Assembly (NCBI GenBank): GCA_963809205.1
Contig: CAWEIS010000025.1
Coordinates: forward strand, 248,896-312,895
DNA from: an uncultured Actinomycetes bacterium
Lineage (GTDB): Bacteria; Actinomycetota; Thermoleophilia; Gaiellales; JAICJC01
DNA length: 64,000 nt
Reading direction: 5' to 3'
Shown here: positions 36,333 to 44,892 of the stretch, in pieces
Layout of the letters: every line of letters starts with the position of its first letter
Numbering within the stretch: position 1 is the first letter of the stretch
Translations under genes and position numbers: made by a program
Notes under the pieces: generated by a model
What the model saw: only the letters and a program-made list of their open reading frames with translations
Database searches by the model: none
Told to the model about the DNA's origin: nothing

Positions 36333-37039
36333 TCAGCTCTGGCGGACGTGGATCTCGCCGGAGCGGATCATGTCGCGCACGGTCTGCCGCGAGATCCGCC
36401 TGACCGCCGCGTGGTCGAACCAGCCGTCCTGGGAGACGTGGCCTCCGTCCCATGCACGCCCGCACACCTTGGCGAACAGCTTCTGGGTGTCGGCGGCCGA
36501 GAACGGGTTGGTCTGATTCTGCTCGGCGCTGTTGACGGCCGCGCAGGTGCATACGGCGACGAACGTCTTGCGCCCGCGATCCTGGTAGAGCTGCGGCCAG
36601 TTGATCGCCGTCCCCTGGACGTACGGACCGAGGTCGGCGCAGAAATCGGCGGCGAGGGCTTCCAGCCCGCCGGGGATGCGTGCCGCGATGTCCGGTGTCA
36701 CGCCGGCGCCCAGGCCCTCGCGGTAGGCGACCTGGCAGATCGGCGTTATCAGCTCCGGGTGCGACCTGATCAGCTTTGCGGGTCGTCGCTGCTCGCGCCG
36801 TCCTCGAGCATGCCCTCGTCCTCGACCTCCTTGCAGATGGCCGCCGTGGCCGCCTTCACCTTGGAGTCGTCGGCGATCGTCTGGGCCACCCCGCTGTCGA
36901 GCCGGTCGCCGCTCTGGAGGAAGCTCTTGAGGCTGTGCTTCTGGCACTCGGCGATGCGGTCCTCCGAGGATGAGCTGCCGCAAGCCGCAACCGCGAGCAT
37001 GATCGCCAGCGCGATCGCCACCGTCCCCATGCGCCTCAC
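36333..37039 (-). pseudogene. Cys-rich lipoprotein, one frame change near 36790
   Basis: Lipoprotein signal MRRMGTVAIALAIMLAVAAC (ORF 36770-37039), then continuation in another frame (ORF 36333-36983: ...KLIRSHPELITPICQVAYREGL...). The C-terminus AAVRRISRQTVRDMIRSGEI looks like an excisionase-type HTH. Confidence 0.5.
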
Positions 37040-37070
37040 GTTTCGAGCGTATCCATCAGACCGGACGGAG

Positions 37071-37670
37071 CTAGCGGTGCCGGCGGCGGTACGCCCGAGT
37101 CTTCGTCCGGTTGCCGCAGTACTTCATCGAGCACCACGCGCTGGACTGGTTGCGCGAGTGGTCGTAGTACGCCCAGCCGCAGCGCCGGCAAGCCTTCATC
37201 CGCTGCCAGCTGCCGTCGGCCATCGACGTGTAGACGATGGCGACGACCTGGCCCAGCGCTCCGTCGAGGCCGGGATCGAGCGGGACCAGCCGGGAGCCGT
37301 CATTCCCGAAGGCGATCGTCAGCTGGGCCGTCCGCGCCGCCCGCTCGAGCGTCTCGGCCGCGGAGGCCGTGTCGGTCTCCACGAGCCCGTTGTGCCACAG
37401 CATCGCCCGCAGCGCCTCGCGAACTTCCTTGGTGCGCGCGACGTCCGAACCGGTGAGCGGCCGCGGCCCGGCCGTCAGCCCGAACTCCTCGAGCCAGAGC
37501 TCCAGCGTTCCGGTCCGGTCGAGCGAGTCGACGACGCCGTGATTGACGGTGTTGACGAGCGCCTGGACGGTGCGCAGGGTGCCCGGCGCGTGCTCGCGGT
37601 CGCCGGGCTTGAACCGCCACGGATGGGGGCCGAGATCCATGCTCTCCGAGCCTAGCCGGAGCATCGACAC
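37071..37670 (-). CDS. CGNR zinc-finger (ABATE domain) protein
   Basis: The C-terminal KACRRCGWAYYDHSRNQSSAWCSMKYCGNRTKTRAYRRR is the zf-CGNR signature. Confidence 0.8.
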   Translation of the reverse strand: MSMLRLGSESMDLGPHPWRFKPGDREHAPGTLRTVQALVNTVNHGVVDSLDRTGTLELWLEEFGLTAGPRPLTGSDVARTKEVREALRAMLWHNGLVETDTASAAETLERAARTAQLTIAFGNDGSRLVPLDPGLDGALGQVVAIVYTSMADGSWQRMKACRRCGWAYYDHSRNQSSAWCSMKYCGNRTKTRAYRRRHR

Positions 37671-37735
37671 CGGTCAACCGCTGATACGAGTGTTGATATC
37701 CGGTCTAGGAGCTGATTCGACACAGCTGATCGCTC

Positions 37736-37764
37736 TTGAACAGTGTCGGGGAACCGGGTAGGAT
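37736..37764 (+). promoter_or_regulatory. TTGAAC-N17-TAGGAT, 6 nt upstream of the permease ATG
   Basis: Good -35/-10 spacing. TAGGAT could instead act as an AGGA Shine-Dalgarno. The direct repeat AGCTGAT occurs at 37711 and 37725. Confidence 0.4.
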
Positions 37765-37770
37765 CGGTAC

Positions 37771-40700
37771 ATGGAGTCGACCTCCGTCTCGCGGTTGCGT
37801 GGCCTGGCCGCGCCGCTGCGGCTGGCCCGCGCCCGGATCGCCGCGCGGCCCGGCCGGGGACTGCTCGCCGCGCTGGGCGTCGCCGCCGCCGTTGCGATGC
37901 TGGCGGCCACGGCCTCCGGGGGGCGGATCGCCTCAGAGCGCGCGCTCGACCGGGCGATCGACCGGCTGCCCGCGGGCCAGCGTGCGCTGACCGTCACCCA
38001 CGCGGGGCCGGTCGAGAACTACGCGGCGGCCAACAGCCGGGCGCGCGCGGCGCTGCACGGTCTGGCTCCCGGCGAGCCGGCGGCGTCGGTGCTGTATCGC
38101 ACCCTGCGGCTCGATCACGGCATCGTGCTGCTGGGGGCGGTCGACGACATCGGCCGCTACGTCCGGCTGACCGGCGGCCGGCTGCCGCGGTCGTGCACCC
38201 CCGAGCGCTGCGAGGTGCTGCAGGTGGACGGCTCGCCGCTGGACGAGACCGCGACCGAGGGCGCGAGGTTCGTCACCGTCGGCACAGCCGTCCTGCGGTC
38301 GGCACTGCCGTTCGGCTCGACGGCGAACCTGGGCGAGGCCGCCGGGTCGCGCAAGCCGCCGCCGACGCTTCTTGCAGGCGACGTCTCGGCGATGGCGCTG
38401 ATGCCAGGACTGACGACGTCCTACCGGACCTTCAACTGGAGCGAGCCGCTGCCGTCGGGCATCCGCAGCTGGGAGATCGACGGGCTGCTCAACAGCGAGG
38501 CGCACACGCTGTCCGCGCTGGAAACGGGCGATACGAACTGGGTGCTGTCCGGGCCGGATCAGGCGCTGGTCGAGGCCCGCGACTCGGGCCAGGTCGCCGG
38601 CCGGCGGATGCTGCTGGTCGGCGGCGAGGCCGCGGCGCTGCTTCTGGGCTTCACCCTGCTGGCCGCCGTCGGCCTGCGCCGGGACTCGGCGGCCGAGCGG
38701 CGCCGCCTGGAGCGGCGCGGTGCCCGAGCGTCGCAGCTGCTGGTGTTCTCGCTGGCCGATTCCGGGTGGGTCGCGCTGGTCGGGGTCGCGCTGGGCGCGG
38801 CCGTTGGAGTGATGGTCGCGGCGTTCGCGGCCGCTGCGGCCGGGATCGACGCCTGGGGCCTGCTCCGCCACTCGGTGCTGGGCACCCCCGGAGTCATCGG
38901 CCTGATCGTCTGCTGGGCGGTGGCCACGGCGCTGCTGGTGGCAGTGCAGCTGGTGCCGTCCGGAGCGCGGCTCGGCCGCGCCGCCGATCTGGTGGCGCTG
39001 GGAGCACTGGCCGCGCTCGTCCTCGCCCTCGCCCGCGGCGGCACGAACGCGGGCGACCTGGCCGGCCGCTCCGATCCACTGCTGCCCGCGCTACCGCTGC
39101 TCGCGGCGCTGGTGGCCGGCATCGCCGTCGCCCGCCTGCTGGGGTGGGCGATGCGCAGCACCGAGCGGCTGGCTCGCCGCGGGCCGATGTCCCTCCGGCT
39201 GGCGGCACTGTCGCTGGCCCGCGACCCAGGCCCGGCGGCGATCACCGCAGGGTTCCTGGCGGTGGCGTTCGGACTCGGCATCCTGGCGTCGTCGTATCGG
39301 GCAACGCTCGAGGGCGGCCAACGCGACGAGGCCGCCTACGCCGTGCCCGCGGACGTGATCGCCCGCGAGGGAGCGGCGCTGGTGCGGCCCCTGGATGTCG
39401 CGCCGCTCTCCGAGTGGCGCTCGCTCCCCGGCAGCCCGCGGGCGCTGCCCGTGCTTCGGCTGCCGGCATCGACCGCGGTCGGCGGCGCGTCGAGCGGGTC
39501 GATCCAGGTGCTCGGCGTGCCGGCCGACGCCCTGGCATCGTTGCGCCTGTCGGGCGACGGCTTCCAGCCATCCGAAATAGCCAGTCGCCTCGCGCCGGCG
39601 CAGCCGATCGCCACAGGCGGTGCGGACATCCCCGCGGGGCCGGTGTCGCTCCCGGTTACTCTGCACGGCGCGCCCGTGACGCTCGCGCTGATCGTCGAGG
39701 ATTCCGGCGGCTCGGTCGCCTCGGTGCCGATGGGGCTCGTCTCCGGCGGGAAGTCGGTGCTCCACGGCACGGTTCCCCGGGCCGGCCGCCTAGTCGCCGT
39801 CGAGCTCGGGCTGGACGAGGCCGGCGCGCGTGCCGCACTGCATCAGGGGGCGGAGGGAGGGGCGTTCACCTCCGCCGACGGCACCCTCGGGCTGGGTGAG
39901 CTGACCGCCTCCGGCGCCCCGGTCACCGACTGGCAGGGATGGATCGGCAAGGGCGGCGTCGACGCGTCGAGCGCGGGCGACATCGGATACTCGATCAACG
40001 GCGTGGCCCGGACGCTGTTCCGCGCGCCGCAGCCGACCGACGGCAAGACACTGCCGGTGCTGGTCAGCCAGAACCTCGCGGATGCGGCGGCGGGCGGCTC
40101 GCTCGGGCTCTCGTTCGGCGGACGTACGGTGCCCGCGCAGGTGGTCGGCGTGGCCGACCGGTTCCCAACAATCGCCGGCGACAGCTTCGTGGTGGCGGAC
40201 GAGCGCTGGCTCGCCTCGGCCCTCGGCGCTGACGATCCCGGCGCGGGTCGTCCTCAGGAGCTGTGGCTGACGACGCCCGACCGCGGCAGGTCGGGCGATC
40301 TGCAGCGCGCGCTGGCTCAGCGCCCCTACGACGCCCTCGCGTTCGCCTCGTACGACGGGACGCTCGACCGGCTGCGCACCGACCCGCTCGCCCGCGGCAT
40401 CCTGGTCGCGCTGGAGGCGGGCGCGGTGCTGGCGCTTGCGCTCGCCCTGGGCGGCCTGCTGCTGTCCGTGGCCAGCGCCGTTCGCGACGAGCGCGCCGAG
40501 CTGTTCGACCTGGAAGCCCAGGGCGTGGCGCCCCGCGACCTGCGCACCGAGCTGCGCCTGCGGGCGGCGCTGGTCGGCGGCGCCGGCCTGATCGCCGGGC
40601 TGCTGGTCGGTGCGCTGCTCTCGCGGCTGGCCGCCGACCTCGTCCAGGTCGCCGCCGGCGGCGGAGCGCCGCAGCCGCCGCTCGAGCCGCGGGCTGGATG

Positions 40701-40821
40701 GGCACCGTTGCTGGCGGGCATCCTGCTGTTCGGGCTGCTGGCCTGGGCCGGCATCGGCGTGCTGACGCGCGTCGTGTTCTCGCGCCCGCTGCCGCGGCGG
40801 CCGACCGGGGTGGCGCCGTGA
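37771..40821 (+). CDS. ABC transporter permease with two FtsX domains and two large extracytoplasmic domains
   Basis: 1016 aa. Two TM1-ECD-TM2-4 modules (about residues 30-440 and 455-1010) with FtsX-like helices (LLVGGEAAALLLGFTLLAAVGLRRD...; DERAELFDLEAQGVAPRDL...). Confidence 0.8.
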   Translation: MESTSVSRLRGLAAPLRLARARIAARPGRGLLAALGVAAAVAMLAATASGGRIASERALDRAIDRLPAGQRALTVTHAGPVENYAAANSRARAALHGLAPGEPAASVLYRTLRLDHGIVLLGAVDDIGRYVRLTGGRLPRSCTPERCEVLQVDGSPLDETATEGARFVTVGTAVLRSALPFGSTANLGEAAGSRKPPPTLLAGDVSAMALMPGLTTSYRTFNWSEPLPSGIRSWEIDGLLNSEAHTLSALETGDTNWVLSGPDQALVEARDSGQVAGRRMLLVGGEAAALLLGFTLLAAVGLRRDSAAERRRLERRGARASQLLVFSLADSGWVALVGVALGAAVGVMVAAFAAAAAGIDAWGLLRHSVLGTPGVIGLIVCWAVATALLVAVQLVPSGARLGRAADLVALGALAALVLALARGGTNAGDLAGRSDPLLPALPLLAALVAGIAVARLLGWAMRSTERLARRGPMSLRLAALSLARDPGPAAITAGFLAVAFGLGILASSYRATLEGGQRDEAAYAVPADVIAREGAALVRPLDVAPLSEWRSLPGSPRALPVLRLPASTAVGGASSGSIQVLGVPADALASLRLSGDGFQPSEIASRLAPAQPIATGGADIPAGPVSLPVTLHGAPVTLALIVEDSGGSVASVPMGLVSGGKSVLHGTVPRAGRLVAVELGLDEAGARAALHQGAEGGAFTSADGTLGLGELTASGAPVTDWQGWIGKGGVDASSAGDIGYSINGVARTLFRAPQPTDGKTLPVLVSQNLADAAAGGSLGLSFGGRTVPAQVVGVADRFPTIAGDSFVVADERWLASALGADDPGAGRPQELWLTTPDRGRSGDLQRALAQRPYDALAFASYDGTLDRLRTDPLARGILVALEAGAVLALALALGGLLLSVASAVRDERAELFDLEAQGVAPRDLRTELRLRAALVGGAGLIAGLLVGALLSRLAADLVQVAAGGGAPQPPLEPRAGWAPLLAGILLFGLLAWAGIGVLTRVVFSRPLPRRPTGVAP

Positions 40822-42317
40822 ACGCCGTGCTCATGCGAGATGTGTTCCGGATCCACTGCACCGCCGAGGGCGACGCCGCGGCGCTGCAGGGCATGACCCT
40901 CGACGTCGAGGAGGGCGAGGTGGTGGTGGTGCTGGGGCCGAGCGGGTCGGGCAAGAGCACGCTGCTGCGGATCCTGGCCGCCCTTGAGCGGCCGTCCGCC
41001 GGCGTCGCCCGGGTGCTGGGCGAGGACGTCGCGCACCTTCACGGCCGCCGGGCCGCGGAGTTCCGCGCGCGGAACCTCGGCCTGGTCGACCAGCACTACG
41101 ACCGCGCCCTGACGCCGGACCTGCCGTGCGGCGAGATCGTCGGTCTCCAGCAGGCCCTGCGCGGCGTCGATCCGGCGACCCGACGGGCGCGGGCGATGGA
41201 GCTGCTCGAGGCGGTCGGGCTGGGGGATGCAGCCGGCGCCCGTCCCGGAGAGCTGTCCGGCGGCCAGCAGCAGCGCGTGGCGCTGTGCGCGGCGCTCGCC
41301 CACCGGCCGAAACTGCTGCTGGCGGATGAGCCGTCCGGCGAGCTGGATGCGGCCAACGCCGCCGAGGTCTACCGGCTGATCCGCGAGCTGGCCCGCGATG
41401 TGGGGGGCACGGCGGTGATCGTCAGCCACGACCCGGGGTCGGAGGCGATCGCCGACCGGGTGGTGCGCGTCCGCGACGGCCGGCTCAGCCAGGAGACGGT
41501 GGGCGACGGTGAGGCGCTGGTCGTCGGTCGCGGCGGGTGGGTGCACGTGCCCGCCGACCTGCTGGACGGGGCGACGCACCTGCGGGCCCACCGCGACGAG
41601 GACGGCGTTGTCCTCGAGACCGCGGCCCGCCGCGACCTGCCCGCCGACGAGCAGCCGCCGGACGAACCGCCGGTGCCCGGCGCGGTCGTGGCCGAGCTGG
41701 CGTCGGTGCACAAGTCGTTCGGCGCACGCACGGTGTTCGACGGGTTCAGCGCGGAGTTCCACCGCGGGCTGCTGACCACGATCGCCGGCCGGTCGGGTAC
41801 CGGCAAGAGCACCCTGCTGCACATGCTCGCCGGGCTGGAGCGCCCCGGCGGCGGCGAAGTGCTGGTCTGCGGCGAGTCGCTGGGCAGGCTCGATCGCGAG
41901 GGGCTCGCCGAGGTGCGGCGGCGGCACATCGCGGTTGTCGGGCAGGACCCGGGGCTCGTCGCGTTCATGTCCGCCGCCGAGAACGTCGCGCTGGCCGCGT
42001 CGCTGCGCGGCGTCGCCGACCCCGATGCGGAGGCCGAGCGGCTGCTGGCCGACGTCGGATTGGCCGAGCGGGCGTCGCAGCGCGTGTCGCGCCTGTCGGC
42101 TGGCGAACGGCAGCGGACGGCGATCGCCCGTGCGCTGGTCGGCGGCCCCGACCTGATGCTGGTCGACGAGCCCACCTCGCGGCTCGACCGGGCGAACGCG
42201 GCGCCGGTCGCCCGCCTGCTGGCCCGAGCCGCCCACGAGCGGGGGATCGCCGTGATCTGCGCGACCCATGACCCGCTGCTGCTCGAGCACTCCGACGTCC
42301 GCATCTCGCTGGGCTGA
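40818..42317 (+). CDS. ABC transporter ATP-binding protein with two fused MacB/LolD-type NBDs
   Basis: NBD1: GPSGSGKST, LSGGQQQR, LLLADEPSG, VSHD. NBD2: GRSGTGKST, LSAGERQR, LMLVDEPTS, ATHD. GTGA overlap with the permease. Confidence 0.9.
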   Translation: MNAVLMRDVFRIHCTAEGDAAALQGMTLDVEEGEVVVVLGPSGSGKSTLLRILAALERPSAGVARVLGEDVAHLHGRRAAEFRARNLGLVDQHYDRALTPDLPCGEIVGLQQALRGVDPATRRARAMELLEAVGLGDAAGARPGELSGGQQQRVALCAALAHRPKLLLADEPSGELDAANAAEVYRLIRELARDVGGTAVIVSHDPGSEAIADRVVRVRDGRLSQETVGDGEALVVGRGGWVHVPADLLDGATHLRAHRDEDGVVLETAARRDLPADEQPPDEPPVPGAVVAELASVHKSFGARTVFDGFSAEFHRGLLTTIAGRSGTGKSTLLHMLAGLERPGGGEVLVCGESLGRLDREGLAEVRRRHIAVVGQDPGLVAFMSAAENVALAASLRGVADPDAEAERLLADVGLAERASQRVSRLSAGERQRTAIARALVGGPDLMLVDEPTSRLDRANAAPVARLLARAAHERGIAVICATHDPLLLEHSDVRISLG

Positions 42318-42351
42318 TGACCGACGTAAACTCCGCGCGAGGAGGTGCAAC

Positions 42352-42993
42352 ATGAGCGACTACGCGGTGGCAACACTCGACCAGATCGACGAGATGGAGG
42401 ACGGAAGGTGCCCGTGGAGGCCGGTGCGGGCCCACTTCGGGATCACGTCCTTCGGCATCAACGCGTTCACGGGCAAGCGGGCCGGCGACCGGCTGATCAA
42501 CGAACACGACGAGGCCGATAACGACGGGCACGAGGAGCTGTACCTCGTGCAGACCGGACGGGCACGGTTCGAGCTGGACGGCGAGACGCTCGACGCCCCG
42601 GCCGGGACGCTGGTGTTCGCCCCGCCGAACGTGCGCCGGACGGCATTCGCCGAAGAGCCGGGAACGACGCTGATCGCACTCGGCGGCACGCCCGGCAAGG
42701 TGTACGAGGTCGGCGGCTGGGAGCTGTGGGCGCCGATCAACCCGCTGTACGAGGCGGGTGACTACGCTGGTGCCGCCGATCGAGCGCGGGAGGTCGCCGA
42801 AGCCAACCCCGAGATGCCGCTGCTGATGTACAACCTCGCCTGCTGCGAGAGCCTGGCCGGCCGCTCCGATGACGCGATCGGCCACCTGCGCTCGGCGATC
42901 GAGCGCAAGGGGGAGCTGCGCCAGATGGCGGCCGAGGACACCGACTTCGACCCGGTACGCGGCGAGGAGCCGTTCAGGCAGCTGATCGGCTAG
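42352..42993 (+). CDS. cupin domain protein with TPR-like helical C-terminus
   Basis: HDEADNDGHEELYLVQTGRARFELDGETLDAPAGTLVFAPPNVRR is cupin-like, and the C-terminus YEAGDYAGAADRAREVAEANPEMPLLMYNLACCESLAGR is TPR-like. SD GGAGG 6 nt upstream. Confidence 0.65.
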   Translation: MSDYAVATLDQIDEMEDGRCPWRPVRAHFGITSFGINAFTGKRAGDRLINEHDEADNDGHEELYLVQTGRARFELDGETLDAPAGTLVFAPPNVRRTAFAEEPGTTLIALGGTPGKVYEVGGWELWAPINPLYEAGDYAGAADRAREVAEANPEMPLLMYNLACCESLAGRSDDAIGHLRSAIERKGELRQMAAEDTDFDPVRGEEPFRQLIG

Positions 42994-43786
42994 CGCGCTC
43001 CCAGACCACCGGGAACAGCGGGTGGTCCATCGGCGCACCGGCGGGCAGCTCGTCCTCGAGCCCAGGAAACGCCGGCGACGTCGTCCAGTGCCGTGGGGCG
43101 TGGGTGACGTCGTCGCCGAGCAGGCGCACCGAGAAGGCGCGGCGGCGGCCGGCGCTGCCCCCGGCGGCGTGCAACGTCAGCATGTTGAAGAACACGGCGT
43201 CGCCCGGCTCGAGCGCCCAGCCGAGGATCGGGAAGGCGTCGCGGTCGGCCTCGATGTCAGGCAGGTCGGCGAGCGTGCCCTCCGGGAACCACTTCGCGGC
43301 GCCCGCCATGAACGTCCGCGGCATCAGCCACGGGCCGAGATGGGAGCCGCCGACGAACTCGAGCGTCGACTCGCGCGGCACCGGATCGACCGGAATCCAC
43401 ACGCTGCATGTCTGCGAGCCGTCGACGTTGTAGTACGGCTGGTCCTGGTGCCAGGGCGTGCGCTGGCGTGTGCCCGCCTCCTTGACCAGCACGTGGTCGT
43501 GGAACAGGCGCACTGAGTCGCTGCCCATCAGCTCGCCGGCGTCGGCGGCGATGCCCGAGCTGCGGATCACCCGCTCGAACTCCCCGATCGCGCCCCAGTT
43601 GCAGAAGTCCTCGAAGAATCGCCCGGGGTCGTTGTCGCGACTGGCGACGAGAGCACGGTCACTTGGAGTCGTCAGGTTCCGCTCGATGCCCTGTTCCACC
43701 AGCGCCACCTCGTCCGCCGAGAGGGCGCCGCGAACGCACACGGCGCCGTCCCGGCGGAAGGCCTCGATTAGCGTGGCGTCGACCAC
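42974..43786 (-). CDS. phytanoyl-CoA dioxygenase (PhyH) family Fe(II)/2-oxoglutarate oxygenase
   Basis: RTPWHQDQPYY...GDAVFFNMLTLHAAG...RRAFSVR is the PhyH pattern. Confidence 0.85.
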   Translation of the reverse strand: MVDATLIEAFRRDGAVCVRGALSADEVALVEQGIERNLTTPSDRALVASRDNDPGRFFEDFCNWGAIGEFERVIRSSGIAADAGELMGSDSVRLFHDHVLVKEAGTRQRTPWHQDQPYYNVDGSQTCSVWIPVDPVPRESTLEFVGGSHLGPWLMPRTFMAGAAKWFPEGTLADLPDIEADRDAFPILGWALEPGDAVFFNMLTLHAAGGSAGRRRAFSVRLLGDDVTHAPRHWTTSPAFPGLEDELPAGAPMDHPLFPVVWERASRSAA

Positions 43787-43795
43787 GCCCGCATC

Positions 43796-44275
43796 CTACG
43801 CGGGAAGCGCTCCCGGAGGTCCGAGGATCTCGACGCGGTAGCCGGTGTCGCGCTGGAGCTGCGCGACCGCCTCGAAGTCCGGCTCGATCGGGTCGGCGGG
43901 GATCTCCAGGCGCGGCGCGGGCGTGCCGAACGCCTCGATGAATCGCTCGAAGCCGGCGGGCGTGCCGGTGACCAGCACCCGGGCCGTCTCGGACTCGATC
44001 CGGTAGGTGTGCGGCACGCCGCGCGGGGCGAGGACGGTGTCGCCGGCGCCCAGCCGCACCACATCGGCGCCGTGGTAGACGGTGATCTCGCCGTCCAGCA
44101 CGTGGAAGATCTCGTCGTCGATGTGGTGGACGTGCAGCGGCGGCATGCTCCCGCCGCGGCCCGAGACCTCGACCACGCAGCTTCGTCCCTCGGTCTCCTC
44201 GCCCCCGACCAGCACACGGCCGAGGGTGTCCGCGAACCAGTAGTCGCGGGTGCTTGTGCGTTCGATGGTGGACAT
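43796..44275 (-). CDS. cupin domain protein
   Basis: MPPLHVHHIDDEIFHVLDGEITVYHGADVVRLGAGDTVLAPRGVPHTYR. Strong SD AGGAGGAG upstream. Confidence 0.75.
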   Translation of the reverse strand: MSTIERTSTRDYWFADTLGRVLVGGEETEGRSCVVEVSGRGGSMPPLHVHHIDDEIFHVLDGEITVYHGADVVRLGAGDTVLAPRGVPHTYRIESETARVLVTGTPAGFERFIEAFGTPAPRLEIPADPIEPDFEAVAQLQRDTGYRVEILGPPGALPA

Positions 44276-44292
44276 CGCAGCTCCTCCTGTTG

Positions 44293-44329
44293 TAAACTCT
44301 GATTGAGAGTTTATAACTCGGAATCAGAG
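44293..44329. promoter_or_regulatory. nested inverted repeats in the AT-rich cupin/padR divergent region (candidate PadR operator)
   Basis: TAAACTCT-gattg-AGAGTTTA (44293-44313), and CTCTGATT (44297-44304) paired with AATCAGAG (44322-44329). Confidence 0.45.
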
Positions 44330-44331
44330 CT

Positions 44332-44883
44332 TTGTCAAGCGACGCACTCACCCCCTTCTCGCACGTCGTCCTCGTCCTCGTCGGCGAGGGCGGCGCCGGC
44401 CCGCACGACCTCGTCCGGATGGCCCGCCAGGGGCGCATGTACTGGGACGCCGCCGACAGCCAGTACTACGCCGAGCCCAAGCGGCTCGCACGGCTCGGCT
44501 ACCTGACGGCCGAGAAGCGGCCGGGCAAGACCCGTGAGCGGACGCACTACATGCTTACCGACAGGGGCCGTCAGGCGATCACCGAGTGGGTACGGCAGCC
44601 GGCGACTTTCCCGCGCACGCAGAACGAGGTGGTCGTGCGGGTGATCGCCGGCGATCTGGTGGACGATGACGCCGCGGTGCTCGCTGGCCTGGAGGCGCTG
44701 CGTGCCGACCTCGCGGACATCCGGCAGCGGATCGCGACCGGCGAGGAGGTCGCGCACTCGCTGCCGCATCGCGAGCGGTACCTGCTGCTGGCCCACGGGC
44801 TGACCCGCCGCGTCCTGGCGGCCTACGAGGACTGGCTGGACGATGTTGAACGGGAACTCAAACCGGGCCCGCCGCGCTGCTAG
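44332..44883 (+). CDS. PadR family transcriptional regulator
   Basis: LTPFSHVVLVLVGEGGAGPHDLVRMARQGRMYWDAADSQYYAEPKRLARLGYLT is a PadR winged-helix pattern. The TTG start is tentative. Confidence 0.85.
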   Translation: MSSDALTPFSHVVLVLVGEGGAGPHDLVRMARQGRMYWDAADSQYYAEPKRLARLGYLTAEKRPGKTRERTHYMLTDRGRQAITEWVRQPATFPRTQNEVVVRVIAGDLVDDDAAVLAGLEALRADLADIRQRIATGEEVAHSLPHRERYLLLAHGLTRRVLAAYEDWLDDVERELKPGPPRC

Positions 44884-44892
44884 GATCGCCCG

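Noticed and set aside
37743-39899. 718-aa alternative-frame ORF overlapping the FtsX permease, and similar ones at 37933-38871 and 38559-39281
   Set aside because: These are Arg/Gly/Ala-rich with no TM pattern. The 37771-40821 frame gives clean TM/ECD architecture and GTGA coupling to the ATPase.
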